Source: the human T2T-CHM13v2.0 reference genome, Homo sapiens. Taken from it: DNA of 64,000 bases. The position numbers were made by a program, and so were the translations under genes. The stretch lies in assembly GCF_009914755.1 (NCBI RefSeq), contig NC_060930.1; one strand, given 5' to 3'. The stretch's first letter is position 1. Each line of letters starts with the position of its first letter. Below the pieces are notes generated by a model. That model ran no database searches and had not been told where the DNA came from. It saw nothing but the letters and a program-made list of their open reading frames with translations. Positions 34,534 to 49,956 of this stretch are shown piece by piece.

Positions 34534-34619
34534 TCAAACATCACGCAGCCCATGCTCAGGGACACATAGTACACAGTGTAGAAAAGAATGACACATAGAA
34601 GAAACTTCTGCAAAACAAC
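34534..34619 (-). CDS. TMEM244: TMEM244 exon 2 (VVLQKFLLCVILFYTVYYVSLSMGCVMF(E))
   Basis: tttctccacag|GTT ... TTGA|gtaagt; 86 nt; TM1. Confidence 0.96.
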
Positions 34620-34774
34620 CTGTGGAGAAAACAGGCATGAGGTCCAAGAGCCTGGGATTTTTCACATGGTCTTTGGTAACTATTTTGACAAAAGATGATG
34701 AATGATTACTAGATAGTGTTGGCTAGCCTTGTATTGCTTAAGGACCCATGGAATGGGAATGACTTCAAAGTGCC

Positions 34775-35250
34775 CATCTTGGAGCTTCTTTAGCGGTATA
34801 ATTTTCTTAAGAGTCATGTGTCTTTGGGTTTGGTTTATTCTTCCTACCATGTATTGAAATCAATTAGTTTTTCTTTTAATTTGAGCATTAATAGCCTCTA
34901 GATATTTCTAGATGATTGCTTTCATTTCAATCCAAAATAAGATGAATAATACATAGTCTCTATATTAGTATGTATTTTCAACCATTAAACTTTTCTTATT
35001 TCTGTTAATATTAAACTTCAAATAACATTTTAATTTTTTAATACATTCACTTACTATAAAATTTTCCTTGTATAATCCAAACATGAGGATTGTAATACAT
35101 ACCCAGAAAACCTACAAATAGTAAATCTGTGTAAGACATTTGGAACTATCTTTTTAATTAAATTATAATTTGTGAGACAATATATTTGTTGACAAATTTT
35201 ATATAGAGATACACTTACTTTTCCTGACAAATGTGTAAAACACTACATAT
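34775..35250 (+). repeat. Local direct duplication, copy A
   Basis: Near-identical to 37487-37961. Confidence 0.95.
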
Positions 35251-35379
35251 TAAAAAAGTGTTGCTGCCTGAAGAGGTTACCATCTTACACATTTGCACCA
35301 AGAATTAATGCAATATACAAATCCATATCTCTTACCCTCCATTCACTGGAACAAACTTCCTAAATGCCAATATTTGTAT

Positions 35380-35990
35380 TTTAACTTGACAAAATGATTC
35401 TAAACCTCAGCTGTGATAATAATATAATCTTGCCAATTATAATAATAATGGCAAGAACCACAGTTACTTTTGCACCAACCTATAGAAAGATGAGAACAGG
35501 TAAATTCCAAATAATATTAACAAAAAACCCACATAATAGCACAATAATTAAACCTCTATGCAAGAATTTACAGAGCAATTTGGTAAAACACAATAGATGG
35601 CCCTGAAATGTACTCTTCCACAGCTGAGACCTAAGAAAGAAGCACTGCAGTTTAATGAGAATCAGAAAGATTATTTGACAAATGGTGCTGTGAAAATAGT
35701 CTAACTTCTAAACAAAAAAATCCCATTAGATTCCAGTCTTGTACCAGACACCACAATAAATTTCAAGGGGATTAAAGGCTTAAATGCCATGGAATAGGTT
35801 GGGAGAAAATATTTGTAATATATATCACAGGAAAAGGATTGATATCTGTAATATATAAACTCACACAAATGTTAGAAAAAGACAAACCAATAGAAAAATG
35901 GACAAAGTATGTAAATAGGCAATTCACATGAAGAAACACCTAAAGAGCCAATAAAAATAAAAAATGTGCCACACTTCACTGTTAACCTTT
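35380..35990 (+). mobile_element. Degraded L1M ORF2 fragment
   Basis: ACTTGACAAAATGATTCTAAA, ACAAATGGTGCTG.GAAAA, AATAGAAAAATGGACAAAG..AGGCAATTCACA. Confidence 0.7.
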
Positions 35991-36484
35991 TCAAAGATAT
36001 CCTTATGACTATAATAAAGGTCCCAGCATTTCACATGAGAAATGCTCAGTTTACTCAGTTTATTCTTGTATTTTAGAATCTTAAAGCCATTTTTGCTTAG
36101 CCCACACTCCAACACCTTAGGATTATTATTAATTTTACTTGAATGACCAATTCACCAAACTGACCACATATTTTCACTTGCCTAGGTACAGAAGGAGTCC
36201 ACAGCTAGAGGCAAGAGGAGAAGGTAGTTAGCAGAGAGTATACCACAACGAATTGGCTGAATGGACCAAATTTACAGATCTACCAAGAACCTGCTTCTTC
36301 CAACTATTTTTAAATGGGTGGGGTGTGAGGCCTAAGAGGGCCATGAGAAAACAGGACTCCAAGGTTCTGGGACCTTCAGGATCTTCCCCCATCCCTTGCT
36401 CCCACACCATCCTCAACACCCTCTACTCTTTGCCTATGTCCACCCCTAGCCCTGCTCACCAAGTCTCATCTCTCTCTGCCCTGA

Positions 36485-36877
<393 letters not shown>

Positions 36878-36949
36878 TGACCTTCAGTCTCTCTTTCCTC
36901 AACCCTTGGTCCCCTCCTGTCCATGCTCCTCATTCTCTCCCTAAGACTT

Positions 36950-37290
36950 GCATAGCTTGTGGTTCCATGATAGCTGACACAACATGATTTTTAAAAAGGA
37001 ATAAAAGGATGTGTGCAAAAGAGACATTCTTCCCACAGCTGTCTTTTATCAGAGAATAAAAATCCTTCCAGAAGCCGCAAACAGACTTCCCATTATGTCT
37101 CATTGTCCGCCACAGGGCCACGTGCCCATTACTGAACAATCACAGGTAAAGAGTAAAAGGGTTTTACCATGTCAGGTTTATGACATCATGACTGCGCTTC
37201 CGGGGACAGGCACCTACTGCCTCAATAAAAGAAAAATTGGAGTTCTATTAGCAGGGAAGAAGGAGTTGGGGCAGGAAACTACGTCTTCCA
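36950..37290. mobile_element. Old MaLR (MLT1-type) LTR remnant
   Basis: CTTCCAGAAGCC..CAGACTTCCC..TCTCATTG..CACGTGCCCA..AAAATTGGAGTTCTATTAGCAGGGAAGAAGG. Confidence 0.6.
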
Positions 37291-37486
37291 CTTGGAAGGA
37301 ATCAATCTGGAAATAGCTAAAAGCCCTCATTTTGTAGAGAAGAGTCTTCAAAGATCAAAAAAAAAAATGTAGAGGTGTTGCCTGAGTTGAAGGCCCAAAC
37401 ATTGTGCGCATACATCAACTGGTTCAAATCTTCCCCAATTGCTGGGATGAGAATTTGCTGCTGGGAGATGGGTATGTAATAGGGAG

Positions 37487-37961
37487 CATCTTGGAGCTTC
37501 TTCAGCACTATAATTTTTTTAAGAGTCATGTGTCTTTGGGTTTGCTTTATTCTTCCTACCATGTATTGAAATCAATTAGTTTTTCTTTTAATTTGAACAT
37601 TAATAGCCTCTAGATATTTCTAGATGATTGCTTTCATTTCAATCCAAAATAAGATGAATAATACATAGTCTCTATATTAGTATGTATTTTCAACCATTAA
37701 ACTTTTCTTATCTCTGTTAATATTAAACTTCAAATAACATTTTAATTTTTTAATACATTCACTTACTATAAAATTTTCCTTGTATAATCCAAACATGAGG
37801 ATTGTACTACAAACCCAGAAAACCTACAAATAGTAAATCTGTGTAAGACATTTGGAACCATTTTTTAATTAAATTATAATTTGCGAGACAATATATTTGT
37901 TGACAAACTTTACATAGAGATACACTTACTTTTTCTGACAAATTTATATAACACTAAATAT
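37487..37961 (+). repeat. Local direct duplication, copy B
   Basis: Near-identical to 34775-35250. Confidence 0.95.
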
Positions 37962-38331
37962 AAATATAATATCAAAATAATATATTTAAAAATCATTTGT
38001 AGGAAATATTTGGAAAAGCAAGGCATAATTTTGGTAAACAATTTTTCTACCTGAATTATAAATCTAGATTTTCAAATAATACTTTTCTCATAAGCAAATT
38101 CATTTGCTTTTAGTATTTTCTTCCTCGAATCTACACCCTACAGAGCCTATGGAACGTAACAATTTTCTAAAAAGCAATCAGACCATCACTTCCTCTGCTT
38201 GATGTCTTTTTAGGCCCTCACATCATTATCAGGATTTATTCCTCCATTTTTTTCATTTGACAGATAGTTACTGGGCAGGGTGGCAATGCAAGGTAAATTG
38301 GATGTGGTCCAAGCCGTAGGATGCAGTTGAG

Positions 38332-38518
38332 CTGTTGTTCTCAAATGTACAAGCATCAGACTCACATTAAGTTCCTGTTAAAACACAGATTGCAGGGCCC
38401 CAGTCCCAGTGTTTCTGATTTGGTAATTCTGGGACAGGCTCCAGGAATTTGTGTTCATAACAAGTTCCCAGCTGATGCTGAGTCAGCTGTACCTATTACC
38501 ACACTTTGAGAACTACTG
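38332..38518. mobile_element. MER5A
   Basis: GTTCTCAAA..GCATCAGA.TCAC..TGTTAAAACACAGATTGC.GGGCCCC..AACAAGTTCCCAG..CCACACTTTGAGAACTACTG. Confidence 0.88.
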
Positions 38519-39358
38519 ATCTGGAGGCAAGAATGAGTCAAGAAATGGCTACAATGCAAGGAGAAGAGGTATTATTGAGGAGGGTACAGAGTGCTATGTA
38601 AGCCCAAGCGAGACGCCAGCAGAGAATGGGTGGGTTATGTGTGTGTGTATGTGTGCCTCCGTGCACGTGTGTGAAGGGGGCATGAACATTCCCCAGAAAA
38701 TCCTTGACAACACTTATTTTAGGTTTTCTTGAGTTAAGGCATCGCATCTGCATTACCTCATTTAATCCTTATAAAACTTCTGAGTGGTAGAATCCTTTTT
38801 TAGAGAGAAGGAAAATGAGGCTCAGAGAGGTCTTGTAACTTTCTGAACATTTAACAATAAATTGTGGAGCTGAGACTCAAGCCCTGCTCCGACTCAACCC
38901 TTATGCTACTTATGATGAGCTGAGGCAGTGGCAGGGGTTGCCATAGGCACAAGAAGCACTTGCAAAGACCTAGGTGAAGCCAAACCTTGATGGAGAGGGG
39001 TTTTGGTAGGAGAGGTTTAAAGAGCTGAAGTCAGACGTGAAGGGAAATTTATGCCTTAATGAGGAATTTTGCATGTCTCTGAAGGCCCTGGGGAGACTGA
39101 AAGATTTAAGGAGTATTATAGACTAGAGAGGGGCCATTAGGTCGGGAAAGTATTTAAATGGATTTGCAATGGAAATGGAGAGGAGGACAGGTATGTGAAC
39201 TATTAAGAAAACAGAATGGATAACTTGTGGGGGGTTAAGGGAGAGGAAACTGTTGACTCTATCTCCCAATTTTCCAACCCAATTTTATCAACTAGATGGA
39301 CAATAAGAGGAGCAGGATCAGTTCTAAATGATTGGAATTTGCAATTGATGATCTAGCC

Positions 39359-39665
39359 CAGTGCTGTCCAGCAGAAACACAATGCAAGCCACATATGTAA
39401 TTTAAAATTTTTTAATAGCCACATTTATAAAAATTTTGAAAGAGTAAAATTAATTCTAATATTTATTTAACACAATATATCCAACATATTAAGATTTTGA
39501 CATAAATGAATCATTAAAAATAGAGATGTTTTATGTTGTTTGTTCATACTACGTCTTAGAAGTACAAAAGGTAATTTATTTACAAGACATCTCAATTCAG
39601 ACTAGCTACATTTCAAATGCTAAATGGCCATGTGTGGCCAGTGGCTGCCACGGTGGACAAGACAG
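39359..39665. mobile_element. MER33-like hAT-Charlie MITE
   Basis: CAGTGCTGTCCA..AATGCAAGCCACATATGTAATTTAAAATTTT..CATCTCAATTCAGACTAGC.ACATTTCAA..GTGGCT..TGGACA. Confidence 0.85.
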
Positions 39666-40038
39666 TTCTCACCTCTGCCCGTCCTCCAGCCTCATCTTCT
39701 CATCCCCTGCCCCTGTTGATAGTCTAACTATATTGACTCTTTATTGAAGGATTCCTATGTGACCATCACTGTACTCATATTTTCTCATTGTATTCACCCT
39801 TCCCTGTACCTCACCACTATATGCTTGCAGGAAAAACTTTCTGGGTTTGGTTGTCTTTCATTTGCATTTCACAGACTTGGAAACTGAGACAAAGAGAGAT
39901 TAAGGAACTAATCCCAGCTCATGTGGCCTATATGTGGCAGGGCTCCAGACCAGATCTGCTGGATGTTTCCTCTCAACCCTGTGCTGTCCTGCCTCGCCTC
40001 CCACCCAGAAGTTCACAATGAAAGCATGCTGAATAATC

Positions 40039-40337
40039 TTTATTTATTTATTTTGAGATGGAGTCTTGCTTTGTCGCCTGGGCTGGAGTGCCATGGTTTG
40101 ATCTTGGCTCACTGCAACCTCCACCTCCCAGGCTCAAGCAATTCTCCTGCCTCAACCTCCCAAGAAGCTGGGGTTACAGGTGTCTGCCACCATGCCCAGC
40201 AAATTTTTTGTATTTTTAGTAGAGACGGGGTTTCACCATGTTGGCCAGGGTGGTCTCAAACTCCTGACTTCAAGTGATCTGCCCGCCTTAGCCTCCCAAA
40301 GTGCTGGGATTACAGTCATGAGTCACTGCGCCTGGCC
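40039..40337 (-). mobile_element. AluS (Sx/Sz-like)
   Basis: Full antisense Alu; TSD TGAATAATC. Confidence 0.95.
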
Positions 40338-40629
40338 TGAATAATCAATTTTAGTTCAACACTCTCTTTTTAAAAGTATGAAAACTGTGACTCAGACAAG
40401 TTGAGTGAATAGCCCAAGGACACACCTTTATTTAGTGGCCAAGTCGAGAATAGGAAAATAATTATATTGAATTAACAAAGTAAAAGCACTTAATAATGCT
40501 GTCCAAATGAGGGAACATTATTTTATTATGATACAATATTATTGCTGCACTCTAGGAAAAGCCAATATGTGAGACTCAGAATTTGTAGCAGTCTAGATAT
40601 TTGGCTACTGCCAAACTTTTTATTACGTT

Positions 40630-41005
40630 TTTAAATATATTTGGATCCTGAATCAAATAAACTGTAAAAAATCATGACATTTATGGGACATTTGGCTATT
40701 TAAACTTGACTGGATATTTAATAATGTTAAAAAATTATTGTTAGGTTTTTAAGGTAAGATAATGGTATGGTGGTTTTTGTTAAGTCCTTATCTTTAAAGA
40801 TGCATAAGGACATATTTGCAGTTGAAATAATATAATGTTTGGGTTAGCTTCAAAATAAAAAGGTAAGAGAATAGCTGGAAATGAAGATGAAACAAGATTG
40901 AATAGTTGATAATTTTGAAGCTAAGTGAGGGATGAATGGGATTCATTATACCATTTTATTTAAATTTGCATATGTTTACTTTTTTGGTAATAATTTTTTT
41001 TAAAA
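40630..41005 (+). mobile_element. L1MC-type 3' end
   Basis: TTGGATCCTGAATCAAA..GACTGGATATTT..GATAATGGTAT.GTGG..GATGAAACAAGATTG..GGGATTCATTATAC. Confidence 0.7.
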
Positions 41006-43489
41006 AATAAATTTATTCAACCGGTGAGCATCTTCACAAACTTTTAAAGCATGCTTTGATTAATACAATTTTGAGGAACATCCCTAGGGGATGTGGTAAG
41101 GGGTAAGCTTTGCTTAATACCTGTATGTGCAAGACGCCAAGCAAGCCACTTTGCAAACCTTATCTCCTTTAATCCTCACAACAACACTGCCAGACAGGAA
41201 GTATGATTCATCTTTATCATTGGAGCACAGAAGCTGGCACTTCGCCTTCTTTGTTCCTCTGGGGTCAAGGACATAGTTTCAGGGGGTTTACAAGTACTCT
41301 GGCCCATTGAGATGGGGCTCGCATGAAGAGAAGAGGATCACTGAGCAAGTCCTTGGACTCAGCAAAGTCCTAGGGACCAGAGGATGTGTTGTTCTGCTGG
41401 ACTGTACAAGGGCAATGAAGAGGCAGGTAGCTATGCCTACTGGCAAGGAGAAACACACCTTCCCCCATTAGCAGCAGGTTAACAGGGTTCTACTGGGGGT
41501 TTGCCTGCAACCAGCGCCTCACCTTCCTTTTAGCTCCCTGGTGCCAGCCACAAACCATTCTAGGTAATCTTCTCCTGACTTCTCCAGCTCTTCTCCATAT
41601 GTGCCCCAAAACTTGCAATCCAGTCTCAGCCTCTCCCCCAGCCACCTCCTCACCATCTCCCTCTTTTCTCCCTCAAGACCTGGTGCTCCTCAGGTAGATC
41701 CCTGCAGAGGGTATTCAAGCTCTCTCTGGGATTCTCTTTCCAGTCTATTGATGGAGCTCATTTTGGAAGTTGAAAAAACAAATGAGCACCCACAGCATTG
41801 AATGTTCCTCTTCATTGCTTTCCTACTATACCAAATCTAATTATCTGGCACATCACCTCCAATGGAGGAACTGGTAGAAAAGGAAAACACAAGAACATCT
41901 CACAATATATTATCTTGTGTATATAAGATCACCCGTGGGTCCTGTTATTTCCTTTGTGTTCACTCTCCTCTTTGGTGCTCCAGCCATACTTAAGTACTTC
42001 CTATTTCTGGAAAAATTCAATGCTGTTCCCCCTGTGTAGAATTAACGGCTCCTCTCTTTGGAAAACTAACTCCCACTCATCTTTTCAGGTCTAAACTGAT
42101 ACCTCACTTCCTCCAAGAAGTTCCCCTGACTTCTTATTCTCTACTGTATGCTCCCTAACACTCTCTTTCTCCGTATAATATTCAAACACATATCATTATA
42201 AATGCAATTTCTTCATTAAAAAGCTTCCACCTTTTTTTTTTACACTCCTATTCTGAAAGTGAAATAAATGTGCACCAGTCTGCAAATTGTGCACATTTAT
42301 GATGTAATGAATGTTTTTCCAAGTTGCTTTCAGAAAACGGTCTGCTACAACTGATCTTTACATCTTTGTCATCTTTTTTGATCAAAATATTTTGATACCA
42401 GCCTTCCTTCCACTGCCCTAAAAAATAAAGCAGTTTTAATAAGTTGAAATTAAGAAAAGACTATACCTGTGTAAAAAAGGATAGAGGAAAGTGCTACTGA
42501 TTTGCGCTTTTAGAATCTCCCAAAAGCATGAGCACTATCTTTGCTAGGGCTAGGCTGGAACCTGGATAGAATATGAGCATGTGCACGTGGCATCCCTAAG
42601 GATTCAGAGCTTAAGTGGAGCCTGAGTACTTCAGCAGTGTAACTCACTTAACTGACTTGCCAATTTCTACACTGGCTTTACGGGGCATAATTCAAAACGG
42701 GAAAGCTCAGGTTCATTCCACTCTCCTGGAGTTGAAAGCCACCTCTCTTCATTCAGCTCTTGAGTTTTTCTTGTTGTCGCATTTAACAACACCCTAGTGG
42801 GATGTCTTCTAGATATCGTTTTATGGTTCTGCAAGTAATTGCTAAAAGATACAAGGTCTACTTTTTCTATGCTACTTACCTCATTTTATTTAAGAAGGGA
42901 CTGGGAGGAAGAGATGTGTCCATTTGGCTCCCTAATATATGTGTAGTGTCTGGTGTGGTTCCTGGCACACAGTAGGTATTCAAAGAATATAAGTTGTTGG
43001 ATGATTCATTACAGTTTTAGAATTAATAGAAGGCTGGCCCTACCGGACATTCTGGTTATTAAAGGAGAATCAGTTATGATTGGTCAGAGTCCAGGCCACA
43101 CTGAACAGTACCCCAGATAAAAGCAATCTTTGCTGCACAGTGAGAGAGTCACCAATCAGGAGATAATTATCAAGTGTTGACATTCTGCCCAAAACTGTTT
43201 CAGACTTCCTGGGGATAAAAAGGAAGAGGTAAGAAGAGACAAAATAATCACACAGAACATAATTAGAACAAGCAAGTATACCCAACAGTTATATGACTCT
43301 TTACTGTGTACTTGTCTAGATGAGCTCACTCATCCAAATAAACATGTGGGTTAGTCACCTCTTACAGATGAAAAAACAGAGGCCCAGAGAAATTAAGTGA
43401 TTTTCACAAAGCTAGTCACTGAAAGAGGTACAATTGTATATAAAATGTATTGAATCCTGGTCAGAAAGTAAGCTTTGTGGTTCTGATTA

Positions 43490-43587
43490 CAGCTGGTCCC
43501 TGACTTACCATGGTTCAATTTAACAATGTTTCAAATTTACAACAGGTTTATTGGGACATAATCCCACTGTAAGTCAAGGAGCATCCA
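43490..43587. mobile_element. MER47C-like TcMar-Tigger MITE
   Basis: ~98 bp with TIRs CAG.TG.TCC.TGACTTAC / GTAAGTCAAGGAGCATC and TA flanks. Confidence 0.8.
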
Positions 43588-45990
43588 TAATTGCTAAAAG
43601 TAATTGCAAAACTACCTCAAAGAAAAGGGATAAGCTAGGTTTCATGAAGATCTAGGCTCTTAGGAACAATCATAATGGTCCATACTCTTCATATTCAATA
43701 TCTGCTCACATACATGGCCTTTAAGTGGTTCACAAAGGTTATTATTCTTAACCCTGGTAACTGCATTTTAAGAAACCTCTCAGGTGATTACAATGCAAAT
43801 AGCTACTGGGGATATAGGAACTGGTCTAGGTGACAAACAGAAACCTAGGCCTGTCCTAGTATTTCCCCTCAGGCAGGATTTCCACATGGGACAGCCACAG
43901 GTCTGGGTTCCTGAGCAAAATGGGCAAGAGACAAATTTCCAATTAAAACGAGCAAATATAATCTTTTACTTCACTAACAATAAAGAAACACATACCCAAA
44001 CTTCATAGACACTATTGTTCTATCAAGTTAGCGAAGATAGTTTTTCTTTTTTTAAAAATGAATTACTTGTTCTGGTGAATGAAATGCACACCGTTCTAGA
44101 CAGCCTTGCTAAAGATGACGGGGTATAGTGTCAAGCTAATGTGACATTATAACACTTTTATTTCTCAATGACAGAAAGTGAAGACAAAATTTCCAAAGAA
44201 CTTAGTAAGTATTTGCCCCAAATTCTCACAGGCAGGAACAACGACATTCTCCTATAATTCAAAACTATTACTACACACAATAAATCCTACACGGATATAA
44301 AATATCATTGACATAGAGTTTATATTCAGATTTCCTCTATTGTTCTCAAAATCTGAGAATTCTAGAATCAATCATATTTTCACATGTTACATTTGGTTGT
44401 CATGGCTCTTTAGTAACCTACTCTGAATTTGTCTGATGGTTTCCTCATGATCAGATTCTTCGGAGAAGAACTCTACAAAGGTAATATTGTGCATTTCCCA
44501 TTGTATCTTATGAGAAGATGCATAATATGACTTTCATTATTACTGATGGTCAGTTTGATCACTTGGTAAAGGTGATATCTACTAGATCTATTTTCATTGC
44601 ACTGTTCATCGTTTGTAATTAATAAGTAATCTGTGGGGTGACACTTGAGACTATATAAATATCCTGTTCCCCCAAAACTTTTTAGCCATTCATTAACATA
44701 TCTCATCTGAATCAATTATTTACATTGGTATTGTAAACTGATGGTTTTATTATTTATTTTTTCTTCTACATTTCAGTAGATATTCTTCCATAAAGAGATT
44801 TCCTTTCTTACCCTTGAACTTACCTATTAATTTATGTATTTATTATTTATTCATTTATTTTTTATAACCTATGGTCTTTTTTATTTTCTGAGTGCCATAA
44901 TTAATTAACATCATGATTCCTGTTGATGCTCAAATTATCCCAAGTTTGACCAATTTGAGCACCTACCAGATACTGCCTGTGTTCTTTTTACATATCCCCA
45001 TCATTTTTGTACTTCCTTGCTTTATGACATTCCAATGGGATACTGTCTTTTTCATTACTACATTTTCATATACACTTTTGTCTATTTGTGAGCTTTCTAT
45101 TTGCTTCCATTGAGCTATCTACTCATGAATCAATACCACACTGTTTTAATTATAGAAGCTTTATAGTATGTTTTAATATCTGGCAGGCATTTGTTAAAAG
45201 GATAGAGCTTGCATTAAGTATTCTTAGCACACATGCATGCACACACAGGAAACTATCAAAGAAACACAAGGAAACTTTATAATGTTTACTAGGAAACTTG
45301 TGGAGGTGATAAATAAGTCTATCTTAATTACAGTGATGGTTTCACAGGTGTTGCAAATGTTCAAATGTATAAACTTGTAAATATTAAATAAGTGCACTTT
45401 TTGTATATTAATTTATTCCTCAATAAAGCTGCTTTAAAAATATCTAGTGAGGCTAGTCATCTCTCCTTTTTCTTTTCTTTAAGGTTCTCATAGCTATTTT
45501 TATTTTTTCATATAAACTTCAAAATCTACTTGACTAGCTCCATAAAAACAACTTTGTTATTTTTATTGAGATTATGCCAAACTTATTAAGATGGGAATAA
45601 ATGATAGCTTTATTATGTTTATGAGTACCATTCAAAAATGAGAAAAATTTCCAAACTTATTCAAGTCCACTTTTGTATCTTTCAGGAGTATGTTAATTTT
45701 TTAATCATATAGTGTTAATATATGATTAACAGAAGTGTTAATCATATAGATTTTACACACTTCCTGTTAAGCTTATGATTAAATAAATTCTTTTTGCTAC
45801 TAATACAACTGAAGTTTCCTCTTCCATTACATTATCTAACTAGCTATTGTTTGTGTGTAGAAAGGCTTCTGATTTTTGTATTTTAATAGTCTATTACCTT
45901 ACTAATTTTTAAAATTGTTTGTGTTAGTATTTTCATTGATTGTTTTGGATTTTCCAGATACACTACAATATCACCTGTAAATAGAGATAG

Positions 45991-46432
<442 letters not shown>

Positions 46433-46544
46433 TAACATATGTTTAGATAGTAGTGGAGTTAGTGGACATTCTTGCCTTGTTCTTGGCCTTTCTGTAAATG
46501 CCTCTAGTATTCTCCATTAAGTAATACACCAGCTTTAGGATTGT

Positions 46545-46637
46545 AATGTGTGTGTGTATGTGTGGTTTTTTATATATATATATACACACATATATATATG
46601 TGTATATATATGTACATATATATGTACATATATATAT
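46545..46637. repeat. (TG)/(TA)/(CATA) compound microsatellite
   Basis: Seen directly. Confidence 0.85.
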
Positions 46638-47571
46638 CTGATCAGACAAAATCATTAGTTCTTATTTTATTCAGTATTTTAAATCAGGAGTGGTTCAGGA
46701 ACGGTTGCCAATTTTTGTCAAAGGCAGTTTTAGCGTCTATGAAGATGAGTGAAGATGGTCATATGATTTTCTGCTTAGATATATGAACATCTAAATTATG
46801 TTAGTAGATTACCTAATATTGAACCATCCGTACATTTTTGGAATAAATGTCACTTGGTCATGATGTTTTATTTTTATGATGAGTTCTTGGGTTCTGTTTG
46901 CTAATATGTTTAGATTTTTCTGTATTCATAAGTGAGATTGATCTATAGTTTATTTTTTGTACTATATTTATATGGTTTAGGTGACAACATATTTCTTGTT
47001 TCATAAAACTTTCTTGTGGCTTTTCTTGTTTTTCTATACTCAAATGATTTAAGTAGCATTGGGAGTATATGATCTTTGAAGACTTAGGAGAATTCTTTTG
47101 TGAAATCTAGGCCTAGTCCTTCTGTAATAGCCTTCTCCATTTAGTCTATGGAAACTGGAAGCCCTTGTGTGATTTTGCAAAGCAGAATGTTCCCATTGCC
47201 TACAGTAGCTTCACTCTTCTTTACAGAGCAAGTAGCTATATTCTCTAGGTCTGGCTCATATATCATCTTCTCACTCCACCCCTCACTGCAGGACAGAATC
47301 AATCTCTATCTTATTTTAATTGCTTCCATAATATTATATTTGTCTTATAGATCTCATCAAATTTGTATTGTAGCATACCTACTTTTGGAGGTATACATTT
47401 CTTTCTCCAGTCTCTAAAAGACAGACACTGATTTGACCACATTTAATTCTTCAGCCCCCAAAATATTGGTCAGGCTTTCATAGGTATTCAATAAATATAT
47501 TTTGAATAATAATCATGGAAGGAAGGAAAGAAATAATGGAAGACAAGACCACTATAGTAGGAACCATAGTC

Positions 47572-47865
<294 letters not shown>

Positions 47866-48873
47866 GGAACCATAGTCTATTAATAAAGTATGTGGACTCT
47901 AAGTCAGATCCACTGGAGTTTCTCCCCCAGTTCATCACTGACAAGTGTGTGACATTGGCTGGTTACTTTCTGAGTTTTGTTCTACTCATCTACAGGTAAA
48001 GTTTCATAAGGGATTTGTATTCTGAACATGTATACAATTCTTAACATTAAGTACTGTATGTTCCCAATAGATAATACTTTCTCTCTTACTTCTCCCCATA
48101 GGAAAGACTGCATTGTAGTTCTTTGGACAATTCCTGGAGAAATCATGAGATATGACTCTCTCACTTGTAGAATCACAGCAAAGGCTCCGTCCTACTGGTA
48201 AGTAGTTCCCTCTGAAATTGCCTGAATGAATGAAATTCTCCAGTTCAGGTGAACAACTCTGAGGATATGCAGGAATGTGTTGTGCTTCTGAGATTTTTAC
48301 AACATTTGTTTTACAGAGGAAAGTTTACATTAGTTTAACATAGTTAGGAAACATGCCGTCTACTGGAGTAGAATACATTGTATTCTGAACAGTTTAGCAG
48401 TCCTCATACTTGGGCTTTCTTCCCAGTTCTTGTGCTATTTTCCCAGACAGCAAATTAATTAAATGGCCTTTGGCCATGACTCTTTCCCTTGAGTCAGCTT
48501 TTCTGTCATTTAAAGTGTACAGATAGGGGGGATTTAATTAGCCCAATGCCTGGCACATTGCATGCACTCAATAAATGTTTGTTGAGTATTCGAGTTATCT
48601 CTAGATGAAGGTCACTTTTGCTATTACTATTAATTTATAAGCATATCAGTAATTCTTGTGCTGATAATATTGACAGTGAACAAGCACTTAAAAGAAAAGT
48701 TAACTCATAACTTATAGGGATGTATCATGAGAATTCAGATAGTCAACAACCTATCTATTTTGAACATATTCACTATTCTTCTAATGTTCTAAGGCTCTAA
48801 TTCTACACTTGAAGCTCAGATGATTCTAAGATAGTGAGGAACTGCAGCAACTATCTGGATATTTTCTCTGCAA

Positions 48874-48876
<3 letters not shown>

Positions 48877-48917
<41 letters not shown>

Positions 48918-48926
48918 TGTCTGTCT
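48877..48926. repeat. (GT)n microsatellite in intron 1
   Basis: ~20 GT units followed by (CTGT)n. Confidence 0.95.
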
Positions 48927-49923
48927 GGTCTGTGTAAGCCCCGACTAAATATAGAGCCCCCATTCTTTGTGTAAGCTACTTAAGAGAAAGGATTTTATCT
49001 TCTAATTTTTATCTCTTCAGCAGAAGTTATTATTGCTAGTTCAATCCCAAATCTATACATAAATTACGAAGTTTAATAACCCCTTAAAAATAAGCTTTTT
49101 AAAAATATTTTTCCTGAAATAATGTTTTACTGACCTTGAAAATTTTTCTTAGCTGTTGTCATGCTCAACATTTCTCACTGATGACATATGTGGTGATGAT
49201 GGTAGTGTAAAGAAAAAGCTTGAGGAAATACACACGGTGCTGATATTTTACTAAAATGAATGTAGCACTCACTCATAATTGTAATTTAATTTTTAAGTAA
49301 AAATCTGATTTTCCACTATCATTCCCTTAAGTCTGGCTCATTATAGGCCTAAAGCCTGTATGAATTTACACAGCTGCTTTGAGGCTTTGCATATTTCCTT
49401 GTTTTCGATTGTTTGATTTTTTTTTAAAGGGGTATTTTTGCACTGAAGTAAAACACAACTATTAACACTAGCCTCGGGGGAAAAAGAAACTAACAAACCT
49501 ACAGCTTGAAATGTTTCAACACTTTGCATTTAAAATTTTGCGCACCCTTTAGAAGTTACAAAAATAAAAGCCACTCCCTGCAAAAAAAAAAAAGAAAAAA
49601 AGATTGAGAACAAACTGTCATGATTTCAGAAAACGATAGCAGACGTGCAGGTGCTAATACCAGAGAGCTTACCTCCGAATAAAATGGTGCCTTCTAAACA
49701 GCGACTATTTACATGTTTTAGAATCCTTTCTTGGGCATGGGTGCCTTTATATTGCCCTATTACCACAAGATGCAAGCCGTGCAGCAGAATGTTTTCTGTA
49801 TGGTACCCAGCCAAAAGTGAAACAAGTTGCCCACTGACAGAGAGGCCATTTATAGAACATATTCATTTACACCAGTGCTAGGCAGCAACTGAAAGGCAAT
49901 GCAAAGAAGTAATTTCTCTTTAC

Positions 49924-49956
49924 CTTGCTTGGAGCAACTCTGACCTGGAGAGCCAT
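49924..49956 (-). CDS. TMEM244: TMEM244 exon 1 CDS (MALQVRVAPSK)
   Basis: ATGGCTCTCCAGGTCAGAGTTGCTCCAAGCAAG|gtaaag; 33 nt, phase 0; matches the recalled N-terminus. Confidence 0.95.
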
